Source of the DNA: Hamiltosporidium tvaerminnensis FI-OER-3-3 | Lineage: Eukaryota; Fungi; Microsporidia | Direction of reading: 5' to 3' | NCBI GenBank assembly: GCA_022605425.2 | Contig: JAKIMF020000004.1 | Location: forward strand, 1,426,001 to 1,490,000 | DNA: 64,000 nucleotides | Part shown: piece by piece, positions 1 to 11,600 of the stretch | Position numbering within the stretch: position 1 is the first letter of the stretch | Layout of the letters: each line of letters opens with the position of its first letter | Notes under the pieces: generated by a model | The model's database searches: none | The model's input: only the letters and a program-made list of their open reading frames with translations | What the model was told of the DNA's origin: nothing | Translations under genes and position numbers: made by a program

Positions 1-10
1 TTTTTTATAG

Positions 11-139
11 TTGTCAAGCAAAGTACCTCTAAAACCAGGAACTTTCTTTTTACATGTAGACCATGTAAAAATTAAAAAGAATGATGATCTTGAAAAGAAA
101 CTTGTTAAAGAAATAAAAGCACTGCATTTTGGTGCTTAA
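11..139 (+). CDS. Possible terminal exon of a gene entering from the left edge (LSSKVPLKPGTFFLHVDHVKIKKNDDLEKKLVKEIKALHFGA*)
   Basis: 42 open codons follow a pyrimidine-rich TTTTTTATAG (possible 3' splice site at 1-10) and end in TAA at 137-139. No homology recognised. Confidence 0.25.
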   Translation: MSSKVPLKPGTFFLHVDHVKIKKNDDLEKKLVKEIKALHFGA

Positions 140-325
140 AGAATTAATATATGGCAGTTAAACCAATTACTAAATTTATTGAGACCAAACTCATCTAAAG
201 GAGTAATTTTTTTAAATTTTTGTTTTTAAAGCGAATTTGGTACCTTAAAGGTAACTTCCACCCAGTGTTGTGTTTAGGAATCCTTATTTTAATAATAAAA
301 TTTCATTTTATTTCAGATAAATTAG

Positions 326-1050
326 GTAAAGGAAGGATAATCAAATAAAAAACTTTCTGCTTGGCAATGAGTGTGTGAAACTGGTGTGAAAATCATTTTT
401 TGAATTTTTGGTGGGAATAAAACCACACTAAATCTTCGGTTGTTTCATGGAAGTTTATGAGGAGGAGAGGTCTACAAAATGACAAAACTTTTTCTAAAAA
501 TTTATTTGTAGTTTTTTATGTAACCAGATTGCAGACCACAGCTGAAAATCTAAGTAATTGCCATGTAAAAACATTGAAACCTAACATTGCTCACTCGAGT
601 TAGAAGACTTAGCGCCTGGGAGATATAAAAATAAAAACCATTAAAAGCCGGGAGAGCTAAATAGCAGGTTATACCTGTTGGTATGAAATTGCACTGTCTA
701 GGTGGACCCTAAGTAAATCTCTGGAATATATCTTAACTAGATTTTTATTGGGTTCAGAAAGCGTAGAGTAAGTGGGAATTTTGCATAGTCTCGAAGGAGC
801 CCGGGGGGCTTTAGCCTTTGATCACACTCCATGCAGCGGACATTAACGAACTCCGAACAACTGCCTCGCCTATTAATTAGGTTCTATACACCTGGTAAAT
901 GAAAGGCTTTGGGACGTAGGTATCGCAGGGGTTACCGATGGAGTGTTGGAATAGCAGTTATTTATGTTAAACCTAGAAATGCGTTAATGTCTTGAAAAAA
1001 AATATAACACTTGCCACTATTGTAAAAATATGTGATATTTTTAAATAAAG
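326..1050 (+). mobile_element. 725-bp non-coding dispersed element, copy 1 (moderately diverged)
   Basis: Colinear over its whole length with 25908-26633 and the reverse complements of 43905-44632 and 50346-51075. Starts GTAAAGGAAGGATAA (consensus GTGGAGGGAGGATAA) and ends TTTAAATAAAG. No clear TSD remains. Confidence 0.9.
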
Positions 1051-1665
1051 TTTTTATAATTTTTAAAAAACTATTGTTATAAACGTACTCCATAAATACT
1101 CATCATTAGAAACTAATTAGTACCTATGTTTGGCCTTTCTAATAAAATATTTTTCCAAAAATATTCATTAAAATTCTAAAAATCATTTTTATTCCATTTG
1201 ATTTTTTTTAATAGAAAAATATAAAAATGCAATAGTTTTTTTCTTTAAAGAAATACTTTTAGTTTAGAAAGAATTAAAAATATTTTGTAAAGTATTCCTC
1301 GCTAAATAATCTAGGACACCACTTATTATAAAAAGGCTCTATTTATTAAGTGTATATAAATTAATTTGTAATTAAAATATCAAATTTACAGTTTTATTTC
1401 TAAAAAAATGAAAGATTTATGTTTTAAAGAAAATAATTCTAAAGAACTCTTCTCTTAAATTTTTTTCAAAATAAAATTGTAAAATCGTGGAATCAAAAAA
1501 TATCAAAAACTCATAGATTTAGATTAAAAACGATATTTTAAAAATTCAGTTAAATTTAATTTAAATAGAAAACGTGTAAGAAAAAAATAGAAACCCCAAA
1601 TAAATTAAAAAACGATATTTTTAATAAATTACTTTACAACCGAAATATAATTAATAATTACAAAC

Positions 1666-1902
1666 TTAACCAGAATCTTCGTCGGTACTTTCAGTAGTCG
1701 AAAAAGAATCAAACTCAACATTATTTAAAAACTCTACATCAGTCTCTTCTTTTCTATTATACGGTGTCTTCGGCTCTTCTATCTCCTTAAAAGAACACTC
1801 ATTAAAATATTTTTCATTAGCCTCTAAATTTTCTTCTAGAAAAGTTACTTTTTTATTTTTATTTTTTTTATTCCTCGAATTTTCTTCTTCCTGTTTTTCC
1901 AT
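1666..1902 (-). CDS. Protein phosphatase 1 inhibitor-2 (IPP-2/Glc8)-like protein, 78 aa
   Basis: KKVTF (RVxF PP1-docking motif) and IEEPKTPY (the I-2 IDEPxTPY motif); acidic composition; CCCC 2 nt upstream of ATG. Confidence 0.75.
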   Translation of the reverse strand: MEKQEEENSRNKKNKNKKVTFLEENLEANEKYFNECSFKEIEEPKTPYNRKEETDVEFLNNVEFDSFSTTESTDEDSG

Positions 1903-2209
1903 GTGGGGTTGTACAAATATTAAAAAACAAAAACTTTTTAAAAAAAATATTTTGGTTTTAGTATTAATATTTGAGAATTGAGAATTGAGAATACAAAATT
2001 CAAAAAAAAAAATAATTCGTAAGCAAACAATTTAAAATTGCTTAGAAATACAAAGATTTAAAAAATAATTTTTAAAACAAATAAATCATTTTACTAAATC
2101 AATATTAGAAAACCAAAAAAAAATATTCAAAAAAAAAATATTCAAAAAATAAATTAAAAAATTATAAATTTACTTAAAATATACAAAAAAACAGTAAAAT
2201 TAAATATTT

Positions 2210-2632
2210 TTAATTCGAAGATTTCAATTCTGAAACATCAAACCAAGTATTAATTTCTTCTTCTGCACTCTTAGGACTGTCACTCGTATGAACTAAATTA
2301 TTATCAACTTCTGTTGCATAATCACCTCGTATAGTACCAATATCAGCATCATTAGGATTAGTAGCACCTGCAATTTTTCGTGCACCACTAATGATATTAA
2401 TACCACTCCATACCATCGGTATAACCATACCACTTGTCATAAATTCTTCAAGTGATTTATAAAAAGGTTTGTTTATATGTTCTTTATAATGCCTGCGTAT
2501 TATTTCTACACCAGGAACCAAAGATTTAATTGATTCTAATTTATATCCTTTTTGTTCAAATCTCTTAAATATTTCCCCTATCATTTTTCTTTTTACACCG
2601 TCTGGTTTTATCATTATAAAAGTTCTTTCCAT
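2210..2632 (-). CDS. NDK1: Nucleoside diphosphate kinase, 140 aa (start reassigned from 2773 to the ATG at 2632)
   Basis: MERTFIMIKPDGV N-terminus, GATNP, GTIRGD and NLVHTSDS with the catalytic His. CCCTTTTA precedes ATG 2632; the upstream 47 codons are AT-rich and non-homologous. Confidence 0.95.
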   Translation of the reverse strand: MERTFIMIKPDGVKRKMIGEIFKRFEQKGYKLESIKSLVPGVEIIRRHYKEHINKPFYKSLEEFMTSGMVIPMVWSGINIISGARKIAGATNPNDADIGTIRGDYATEVDNNLVHTSDSPKSAEEEINTWFDVSELKSSN

Positions 2633-2770
2633 TAAAAGGGTTTCTCTGTTTAAGGAATTTAAACCGTCTTTTTTTATTATAAAATAATATTTTTCAAAAA
2701 AATTGAAATATAAACCAATTAAAATGTAAGAAAAAAGAAGAATTAAATTCATCATAAATGCATGACTTTT

Positions 2771-2969
2771 CAATAAAAATATTTAAATGATGATTTGAAA
2801 CGAACTAATAAAAAATATTTAAATTGTGATTTGAAACGAATCAATAAGAAAATATTTAGGAAGATATAGAGTGGAAATCAATAAGAAAATATTTAAATTG
2901 TGATTTGAAACGAATCAATAAGAAAATATTTAGGAAGATATAGAGTGGAAATCAATAAGAAAATATTTT
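2771..2969. repeat. Tandem array of ~36-37-bp units of two types (A-A-B-A-B) upstream of NDK
   Basis: Shared head AATAAGAAAATATTT followed by AAATTGTGATTTGAAACGAATC (A) or AGGAAGATATAGAGTGGAAATC (B). Confidence 0.85.
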
Positions 2970-3506
2970 ATTAGATTTTTAGGATTAAATCTTTTTTTTA
3001 AATATTTCAATATATATTTAGATTTAACTTTATTTTTAAACATTTTAATAGATACGTGACTAAGAATTGTTATAAATACTTAAAAAATATTCCTTTTCTT
3101 CTATTTTTCTAGGAAAATCAATAGAAAAAAAAATTAGACGTTTTTTTTAGAATTTAAAAAATTTTCTATCCAAAGATTTATTTTAGTGAGTAAATACCAA
3201 GAAATATTTTTAAAGAAAATACAATGAAAAAATTATAGAAAAAATATTTTTTATACTTACGTTATAAAAGCTGTGAATATAATAAATACAAAATAAAAGT
3301 GGAATTTAAAATATTTTTTTAATTTAATTGGCACTAAACTTTAAGAATTAAAAGTTTTTAACAAAGATATTATTTTTAAAATTTAAAATTTGTAACCTTT
3401 TTAAAATAAATTTATTTTTTTTAAAATTAAAAAATTAAAAATAAGAAATAGAGGCTTACAAAAAGACATAAAAAACCCGAAAAGTTTAAATAAGAAATTT
3501 TAATTC

Positions 3507-4283
3507 TTAAATCTTAGCAAATCTCCATTTCTCTTCAATATTTTCCAATACCTTTGAATGTTTGAGAAGTGGATTTTGATCTTCATTTTTCTTTTCCCAC
3601 ATACTTGGAACAAAGAAGGAAGAAGCTTGGTCAAGAGCAGCAATCGTAGCACCTGCAAAATTCTGGGTGGTAGATGTCTGACCACGTGAAATTGTAAACA
3701 CATCTTTGACACCTGCCAATTGAAAAATTTTACGAGGAATTGTTCCTGCACGAATACCAGATCCTTTGGGTGCTGGAATAAGTTTTATAGCCACACTACC
3801 ACACTTTCCAGTAACCTTGCATGGTACTGTATGTGGTTCACCATAACTACTTCCCCAATAACCCAATCGAACAGGTCTCAAAGCACATTTAGCTCTTGCT
3901 ACTGCACCTCTTATAGCAACAGCCAATTCCTTGGCAGATTTACTTCCTAACCCAACATAACCTTGTCCATCACCTACAGCCATTACAACCTTCATTCTTG
4001 TTCTTTGACCTGCTTTGGTCTGTTTTTGTACGGATTTAATACAAAGTATTTCCTCCTTAAGTTTTGAACCAACAAGAAAATTGACAATTTCTGGTTCTTT
4101 AATACGCATTGAATGCTTAAAAATTTCATCAAGAGTTATTCTATTATCCTTCACTAATCTTCCTAAATCAGTTGCAGGTATCCATTCTTCTGCTGGTTTT
4201 GGTGTCTTAAATTGTTTTTTAAATGGAGGTACTTGTTTCTTCGATGGAATCACATCATCAGTGCCTTTTTTAAAATCGTTCAT
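3507..4283 (-). CDS. RPS2: 40S ribosomal protein S2 (uS5)
   Basis: EWIPATDLGRLVK, VQKQTKAGQRTR, RLGYWG...PHTVPCKVTGKCGSV and LIPAPKGSGI motifs; CCC upstream of ATG. Confidence 0.97.
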   Translation of the reverse strand: MNDFKKGTDDVIPSKKQVPPFKKQFKTPKPAEEWIPATDLGRLVKDNRITLDEIFKHSMRIKEPEIVNFLVGSKLKEEILCIKSVQKQTKAGQRTRMKVVMAVGDGQGYVGLGSKSAKELAVAIRGAVARAKCALRPVRLGYWGSSYGEPHTVPCKVTGKCGSVAIKLIPAPKGSGIRAGTIPRKIFQLAGVKDVFTISRGQTSTTQNFAGATIAALDQASSFFVPSMWEKKNEDQNPLLKHSKVLENIEEKWRFAKI

Positions 4284-4361
4284 TTTTATGGGTTTTTTTA
4301 ATTTTTATTTTTTTATAAAAAATTATTTAAAGAAAATCTAATGAAAAAATATTTACCAGTA

Positions 4362-4785
4362 TAAATATTTCTTTTCAAAAATTAAGAAATAAATTGGAGA
4401 AAAATCTTTGAAAAAATCAAAGGAAGGAGTTTCTGTGAAAAATATTTTTCTCAAAAAATTAAGGAAATAAATTTGAAGAAAAATCTTTGAAAAAATAACA
4501 GGAAGGAGTTTGTGTAAAAAATATTTTTCTCAAAAAATTAAGGAAATAAATTGGAGAAGAAATCAAAGGAAGGAGTTTCTGTAAAAAATATTTCTTTTGA
4601 CAACATAAAATTAAGAAAATAAATTGGAGAAAAATCTATGAAAAAATCACAGGAAGGCGTGTTCTGTAAAAAATATTTCTTTTGACAACATCAAATTAAG
4701 GAAATAAATTTGAAGAAAAAATTAAAGGAGGCTTCTTCTTAAAAAATATTTTTTTCTAAAAAACATCAAATTAAAGAAATAAATT
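4362..4785. repeat. Degenerate tandem array of ~65-80-bp units (about 5-6 copies) upstream of RPS2
   Basis: Recurrent AAATAAATT(G/T)GA...AAAATC...AGGAAGGAGTTTCTGT.AAAAATATTT. Confidence 0.85.
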
Positions 4786-5089
4786 TAAAGAAATATCCAT
4801 GAAAAAGAAGCTAACAATATAAATATTCTACTGTTTAATTGAAAAATAAATTGTAATTCCAAAATGTTTTTCTTCTTACTTTGCTCTACATATTCCATGG
4901 TTTTATTACAACTTTTTTTGGCAGTTATTTTCTTTATATTATTTAGAGTTATTACTTTGGTTTTGGTTGTTTTATCCATACTTTAATGTTCATCAATTCT
5001 GACATCTGTTTGTTTAACAACTTCTTCCCATAGACGGGTAAATAGTAAGAAAATGTGTTTTTTTATACAATTCTATTTTAAATATCAAA

Positions 5090-5870
5090 TTCTTAAATAC
5101 CTTTTCTTAAAACTCTTCGATATTTTATTTTGACCTCAAATCTCATATTTGATAAAAAAAATGCCTTGAATTCTTTTATTAATGATTTTGACTTAATATA
5201 AGACACCATTCATATTGTATATATTGAGCTTAATTAAGTGGAATTATATGATATCCATTTAAAATATTATATATGGTTATCCCATTAGTAGTACCAAACC
5301 GCCACATATGTGGATAAAACCCTATTCATTAACCTTTAAGTCGTATTTTCTTAGTTTCAGTTTCAACTATTTGAAGTGAATCTTGGGAAGTAATTCTTAC
5401 AGATATGAGAATTATCTTGTTTTTATTCTTACCTAAAATATAAATATCAGATTATTTTTTATAAATTTAGACATAAGTTTCTATTCCATTGCCTTCATAT
5501 ATTTCTCATTTCAAAAATTTCTTGCATAAGTGACATTTAACTTGTTTTTTAAACTTAAACTTTAATCAATCTTAAAGAGAAAGTGTAAGAATCTAACCAT
5601 TTTATTATGGTATCCAATATGATCATATCTATATGTTTTTATGTACAACTATGTACTAACAACTCTACCGAATTATATATCATATATATCAAAACCACTT
5701 TATAAGAAAAAACTATATTTCTATCTTTATATTAGAGAAAATCACCTTGTCACGAGGTCAGGATATTTCTTTGAATAACAACATTAGGAAAATTCCTAAC
5801 ATTTACCAACTCATTATTTCTAGCATTATATAACTTTGAATGTAATTTTCTGTTTCGAAATATAAATTTG
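5090..5870 (-). mobile_element. Decayed relic of the C-terminal (CCHC/RLE endonuclease) region of an R4/Dong-like non-LTR retrotransposon
   Basis: Interrupted minus-strand translations NRKLHSKLYNARNNELV, I*PRDKVIF, YHNKMVRFLH and SDIYILGKNKNKIILISVRITSQDSLQIVETE/LRKYDLKVNE*GFIHIC match the RH...PD-(D/E)xK...KxxKY layout of RLE domains. The same peptides recur at 27600 and 35220. Multiple stops and frameshifts. Confidence 0.75.
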
Positions 5871-6140
5871 AAACTTAAAATATTTTTCTAAAATTCTATG
5901 ATCCTCTTTCATTTCTATTTTTATTTCTATAAAGCTTTTTATCTGTAAAAGATGGGGTTTGTTAGTATTATTTATTTTTAAGATGACTATTACTTTAAAT
6001 TAATTAGATTTATTTCTCTCAACAATTTAAAAAAACATTTTCAAATAAACCAGTAATTTAACCAACCTTTAAGAATTTCAGTATTTTTACATAAAATTTG
6101 ATTCCAAAAAAAAATATTTAAAACTCCTCTTAAAGAAAGG

Positions 6141-6146
6141 CCCTCC
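6141..6146 (+). promoter_or_regulatory. CCC-type start-proximal motif (example at MCM2)
   Basis: CCC lies within ~10 nt upstream of the ATG of I-2, NDK, RPS2, MCM2, the 13907 ORF, MCM1, the 29314 ORF, choline kinase, the 38936 ORF, RPB12 and the 53835 ORF despite the very low GC content. This is a known microsporidian promoter signature. Confidence 0.7.
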
Positions 6147-8600
6147 ATGCCCAAAAGAAGAATAACCGATTCAAGTGAAGAAAACGAAAACATATTTAAC
6201 AACCGCAATCCAGAACAACTTTTATCTGAAGATTCACAAGGTGAAGATCTTTTTGAAGAAGATTATGAAAAAGATTATAGAGAAATGCCCGAACTAGACA
6301 GTTATGATGTATCAGATGTAACCGATGAGATTGAACCTCTAACCATGGAACAAGTTCAATTTGTAAATGAACAACTCGACGAACAGAAGAGAAGAACAGA
6401 TCGATTAATAAATCCCAACGTTGATGACCAAGAATTCGAATTAAATACTGAACAGCTACTTGCAGATGCAATGGCAAGCAAGGATTTTATGGACAAAGAT
6501 TTTTTTATCTCTAATTTAACAAATCTTTTAATAAAATTTCTATCAACGTTTCATGAAAAAAAATATGTAAAAGAAATTAAAAAAATGTGTTCTAATAATC
6601 AGGAAAGCTTATATGTTAGCTTTGAAGATTTAAATCTTTTTAATTCTGATTTGGCCAGATTACTCAATGTAGCAACAGAAAGATTTTTACAAATTTTTGA
6701 TAAATCATTGGTTGTCGTTGTCGTTCAACATTTTCCAAATTATTTGATTATTAAACCTAAATTACACGTTAGATTAACAAATATTCCGGTCCTTGAAAAT
6801 ATTAGAAATTTGAGAAATGAACATATAAATACACTTATAAGAGTAACTGGTGTGGTCACAAGACGTACAGGTGTGTTTCCTTTACTTTCTTTGGCTAAAT
6901 ACACTTGTCACCAGTGTAAAGCAGTTTTTGGTCCGTTTACTGTCGAAAGAAATGATTTTAAACCAAATATTTGTCTAGAATGCCAGTCAAAAGGTCCGTT
7001 TAGTGTAAATTCAATTGAAACTATTTATAAAGACTTTCAAAAAATTACAATTCAAGAAATTCCTGGTACAGTACCACCTGGTAGATTGCCTCGTCATAAA
7101 GAAGTTCTGTTGTTTTATGATTTGATAGATTCTGCTCGTCCAGGAGAAGAAGTAGAGGTAATAGGAATTTATAAAAATAGTTATTCTTATTCATTGAATA
7201 TAAAAAATGGTTATCCTGTATTTTTTACTGTAATTAAAGCCATAACTGTAATAAAAAAAGAAGACGAATTTGCATTTAAAATGACCGATGAAGATGTCAA
7301 AGAAATTTTAAAAATTTCGAAACATCCGAATATTAAAAATATAATTTTAAATAGCATTGCACCGGCTGTTTATGGACATAAAGATTTAAAAAGAGCAATT
7401 TCACTGGCAATGTTTAGTGGAGTTCAAAAAATTATGGGAAATCATACTGTAAGAGGAGATATCAATGTTTTGATGTTGGGTGATCCTGGTACTGCAAAAA
7501 GTCAATTGTTAAGATATGTAGAAACAGTATTTCACAGAGCTGTGCTTTCTTCTGGACAGGGTGCATCCTCTGTAGGTCTGACTGCAAGTGTGAAAAAAGA
7601 TTCTGTTACTGGGGAATGGACATTGGAGGGTGGAGCCTTGGTATTGGCAGATCGGGGAATTTGTCTTATAGATGAATTTGATAAAATGAATGACGGAGAC
7701 AGAACTAGTATTCATGAGGCAATGGAACAACAGTCAATTTCTATCTCAAAGGCTGGTATCGTAGCATCCTTAAATGCGAGATGTGGTGTAATAGCTGCTG
7801 CCAATCCTACAAGAGGTCGATACAATTCTTCACTTACGTTTGGACAAAATGTAAATTTAAGCGATCCAATTATTTCAAGATTTGATATTTTATGTGTCGT
7901 AAAAGATGTTATTGATCAAGCAGAAGATGAAAGAATGGGAAGATTTATAATTAAAAGCCATGCTGGTTCATCTGTAGAAGAAAAAGAAAAAACCGACTTA
8001 GAAAATAAAGAAGAAGCTTATGATTCTGTTACAGGAACTTTGAGTCAAGAATTTCTTAAAAAATATATTTTATACGCAAGAAATAATGTAAAACCAATTT
8101 TAAAAGAAATTGATTTAGAAAAAATTACTAATTTATATTCAGATCTGAGAAAAGAATCTATTTCATCTGGTGGAATACCTATTACTGCTAGACATATTGA
8201 AAGTATAGTTAGAATGAGTGAATCATTCTGTAGAATGGGATTAAGAAGTATAGTTTCACAAGAAGATATTGATCAAGCAATTTCTGTAGTTTTAGATTCG
8301 TTTATTGGTTCTCAGAAGTATTCTGTAATGAAAAATTTGAAAAGAAAATTCAGAAAATATTTGGAGAATAAAGAACATGAAGTTCTTATTTTTATTTTAA
8401 ATGAAATTTATAAAGATAAGTTGAGAGGTTTGGGTGAAAGAACAAGTTCTGTAAGTTTTAATTCTGTAGATTTTGAAAGGAAAGTTAAAAGCAATGGATT
8501 AAAAATTGATAGTTTGTTTTATGATAGCGAATCTTTTAAAGATGCTGGATACTCATATGTGGTTAATAGTAAACGTATTATTCGAAATGTGTTTGAATAA
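6147..8600 (+). CDS. MCM2: DNA replication licensing factor MCM2
   Basis: Acidic N-terminus with DYREMPELDSYD, zinc finger CHQC...CLECQSKGPF, QEIPGTVPPGRLPR, Walker A GDPGTAKSQ, IDEFDKM and SRFD arginine finger. Confidence 0.97.
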   Translation: MPKRRITDSSEENENIFNNRNPEQLLSEDSQGEDLFEEDYEKDYREMPELDSYDVSDVTDEIEPLTMEQVQFVNEQLDEQKRRTDRLINPNVDDQEFELNTEQLLADAMASKDFMDKDFFISNLTNLLIKFLSTFHEKKYVKEIKKMCSNNQESLYVSFEDLNLFNSDLARLLNVATERFLQIFDKSLVVVVVQHFPNYLIIKPKLHVRLTNIPVLENIRNLRNEHINTLIRVTGVVTRRTGVFPLLSLAKYTCHQCKAVFGPFTVERNDFKPNICLECQSKGPFSVNSIETIYKDFQKITIQEIPGTVPPGRLPRHKEVLLFYDLIDSARPGEEVEVIGIYKNSYSYSLNIKNGYPVFFTVIKAITVIKKEDEFAFKMTDEDVKEILKISKHPNIKNIILNSIAPAVYGHKDLKRAISLAMFSGVQKIMGNHTVRGDINVLMLGDPGTAKSQLLRYVETVFHRAVLSSGQGASSVGLTASVKKDSVTGEWTLEGGALVLADRGICLIDEFDKMNDGDRTSIHEAMEQQSISISKAGIVASLNARCGVIAAANPTRGRYNSSLTFGQNVNLSDPIISRFDILCVVKDVIDQAEDERMGRFIIKSHAGSSVEEKEKTDLENKEEAYDSVTGTLSQEFLKKYILYARNNVKPILKEIDLEKITNLYSDLRKESISSGGIPITARHIESIVRMSESFCRMGLRSIVSQEDIDQAISVVLDSFIGSQKYSVMKNLKRKFRKYLENKEHEVLIFILNEIYKDKLRGLGERTSSVSFNSVDFERKVKSNGLKIDSLFYDSESFKDAGYSYVVNSKRIIRNVFE

Positions 8601-11600
8601 AATTTTATTGTTTGGTATCTTTTCTAGAGAATATAATTTTTATGCATTTTTTTAATTTTTTAGTTTAAATTTGTATTTTAATTTTCTTACAATTTTAATG
8701 AATATATTTTTTTTTATTAAATTTTATCTAAAATAGGAATTTATGAGTGTGAGAAAATTATGCAAGGATTTTATTCTTTGCTATTTTAGAAAACATTAAA
8801 TTTCTTAATTAAAATTGCAACTTAACCAAAGATTGATCTATTAATAAAAAAAACTAGAAAACATGAAATAAAAAAAAACTTTTTTAAAAATGTAAATGTA
8901 TTGCAGTAAGATTAATATTGGAATTACAACATTAAAATTTGTAAAATATCTAATTTTAAGCTTTAATAAATCTCTCAGATGTATAATCTAATACAAATTT
9001 TATAGTTTTTTTATAAATCTAAATTATTTTGATTTCATAAGTTTATTTAAATAAATGTAAAATATTTATAAAAATTTGATTACTTTATAATTCAAATTAT
9101 AGAATATAAAAGTATTTACGAAGATTAAACAAATATTTTTGATAATAAGCAGTAAGTTTCTATCTTTTATACTTAAAATAAATTTTATATTGGTATAGAT
9201 ATTCTTCTAAGCCAAACAATAGGTAAAATATAAAAGAATTGATACTTTATTTTATCACTAACAGTTATCTAAATAATCAATACAACTAGATATGATTTGC
9301 TAGCTAGAATGTGCAAAGGGATAAAACAATATTGGATGTTTATACTCTGAATCTTTAAACTATTGCTTTTTACCAAGCTCATATATTATATTAAAGTTCA
9401 ATTGATTTATGTGCTGTGTTTTCATCTCAAATAATTGAATTTTTGAAAAAATCTTTACAATTATTTATATTTTTATTTCATGTTTTTCCGAGTTTAAAAT
9501 GAAAAAACCGCGTGCTCAATTAAATATATTTAAATATTTACTTCGAAATATACGTGAGAAAAATGTTGGAAGCAAAAAAAAAGAACCTGAATACGTTCAG
9601 AATTAGGTAGGCGTAATTTAATAGCTATTAAACCGTTTAATTATACACAAATATCTTTGTATTATAAATCTGATAATAAAAGAGATAAAAGGCAAACCAA
9701 AGTGATAATATATACTCTCTCCTGTTCTGATATCTTTTTAACAATTACAACTAAATAAAATCCCTCAAAACAATCCTGTGAATACAATTATTGTAAGTTA
9801 TGGAATTTCTTGGGCGTATATAGTCATCAAAAACTTAGGTATTTTTGGCACGGTGCTGCCAAAATTCTCTTAATCTGATAGGCGGGAAATACTTCAGTTC
9901 GTTTTTTGAGCAATGCAGACTGAAAGAAATAATTTTAGAAAAACCTGATAAGATTGCAAGTTACAGAAGGAAAGGCTATCACTTTTAATTGCTTTTGATA
10001 TTCCCAAAGGCTTAAAAAACTTTTTTGTAAGTTATAAGGTGACAATAGTCCAATAAAAGTCCGATTTCAGCAAACATTCAATTCGGGTTTAACGTGCGAT
10101 ATGAATTATCATAAAACATTTTTCTTGCTTAAGAAAGCGTTAGAATGTTAATTTAGGAATATTATGTCACGTTTAAAATTGCTTATCAGGGTTTAATACG
10201 AATCGTTGATTTCTTGATTAGATAGCAGAAAGATTTAACTGATATTCTATATCGAGTAATTCTCATACATTAAAGTTGATTGCTAAATGCCCAATAATGC
10301 AGAAACAACTTCGATCCCAAATAGATATTATATTCGCTTAAAAAAACTACCAAGCTAAATTTGATATTAAAAGCCCGGAAAATTCTTCCAAAGGCGAAAG
10401 TACAAAAAATTTAATCGGTTTGATACAAAAACAGGACAAAGAATTATTTCAAAGTATTTTGGTTAATATCGGGGCTTCTTTAGTTTTTTTCGGATGATTT
10501 ACTATAAATAAATGATCAGCTAATACTGGAATTTAATTGTAAAAGACTTAAATATATATTATGTATTTCTGTGTATAAATTACGATTTGAATATGTGACC
10601 AAATGTGATATGATATAAACTTTGGACCTAAATGGTGTAAAAAATGAAAAATTTCTACATAAAAAGAGTATCCGATTGTATTTTTAAAATAAAAACTTCT
10701 GGATTTGTTTCTTTCTTTGAGTATTTTTATAAAAATATGTTTTTAAATTATAGATTGATACACAGATTTTATTTCTAATTTAATAGTAAAATTTTATAAC
10801 CTTCATATATATCAACTTAAAAGTTTAAATACTAATCGGTTATACTGTGAGCTTACACATTTGATTAGATATAAACCGGATCGAAATATTCTTTCTTATA
10901 TTGGATAATCAAAAGTTGCTATATTTAGATACGAATTACACAATCAAAAGTATTTCCAGCAGAGACCGAAAATACAAATAAAGTTTATAAATCAAATCGA
11001 GTAAGGTATAACTTTATTATAAGTAAAAAAATTATTAATTATCCCCCTCGGAACAAAAAAGAAAAATCAAGTACCAAAAGACAAAATAATGCTTCGAAAT
11101 ATGAAATGAGACTCGTTATTCTATTTTCATATAAATCTAATAATTCCATCCAGATAATCTGATTGGATCCTGAAATTTATTAATAAAATATATTAAAATT
11201 TTGAAATAGATGTAACGAGCTAATATTATATCATTATACATATTCCAGAAATCTATTTAAAAAGATTGTTTTCCTATTTTTTCCTAATTGGTACTTATTA
11301 ATAAAAATAAATTACAATAAAGCCTAAATAAAAAATACTCCACATCATAAAATTCTAGAATAAAATCTTTATTCTTTAACAAAGATATTGGACAATTTTT
11401 ATAACTTAGATCGGATTATGCATCACAATTGAATAATAAATTACATATTTTTAAAATTTAGCGTAGGGGTTAGTTGATTATACTTTCAGCACAAATATTT
11501 TGATATTTTTTACTTCTTTATATAAAAGCATCGTGTTTATACTATAAATAGATCAAATTAAATACTTTTTGACGTTTTATATCACAATAGGAATATTTTT

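Noticed and set aside
2633-2773. N-terminal hydrophobic extension of NDK in the ORF track
   Set aside because: It starts at a non-ATG codon in AT-rich promoter DNA; the CCC motif and homology both point to ATG 2632.
2771-2969. CRISPR-like repeat/spacer pattern
   Set aside because: The 'spacers' are themselves repeated (two types only), the context is eukaryotic and there are no cas genes.
3500-4341. Short ORFs overlapping or antisense to real genes (RPS2, MCM2, MCM1, SKN7, UTP12, the LRR gene and others)
   Set aside because: Shadow frames of well-supported genes, with no independent motifs.
4785-5035. 64-aa ORF and a nearby QTDVRID peptide suggestive of ribosomal protein L31
   Set aside because: A stop follows immediately and no other L31 motifs are present; more likely the eroded tail of the adjacent non-LTR relic.
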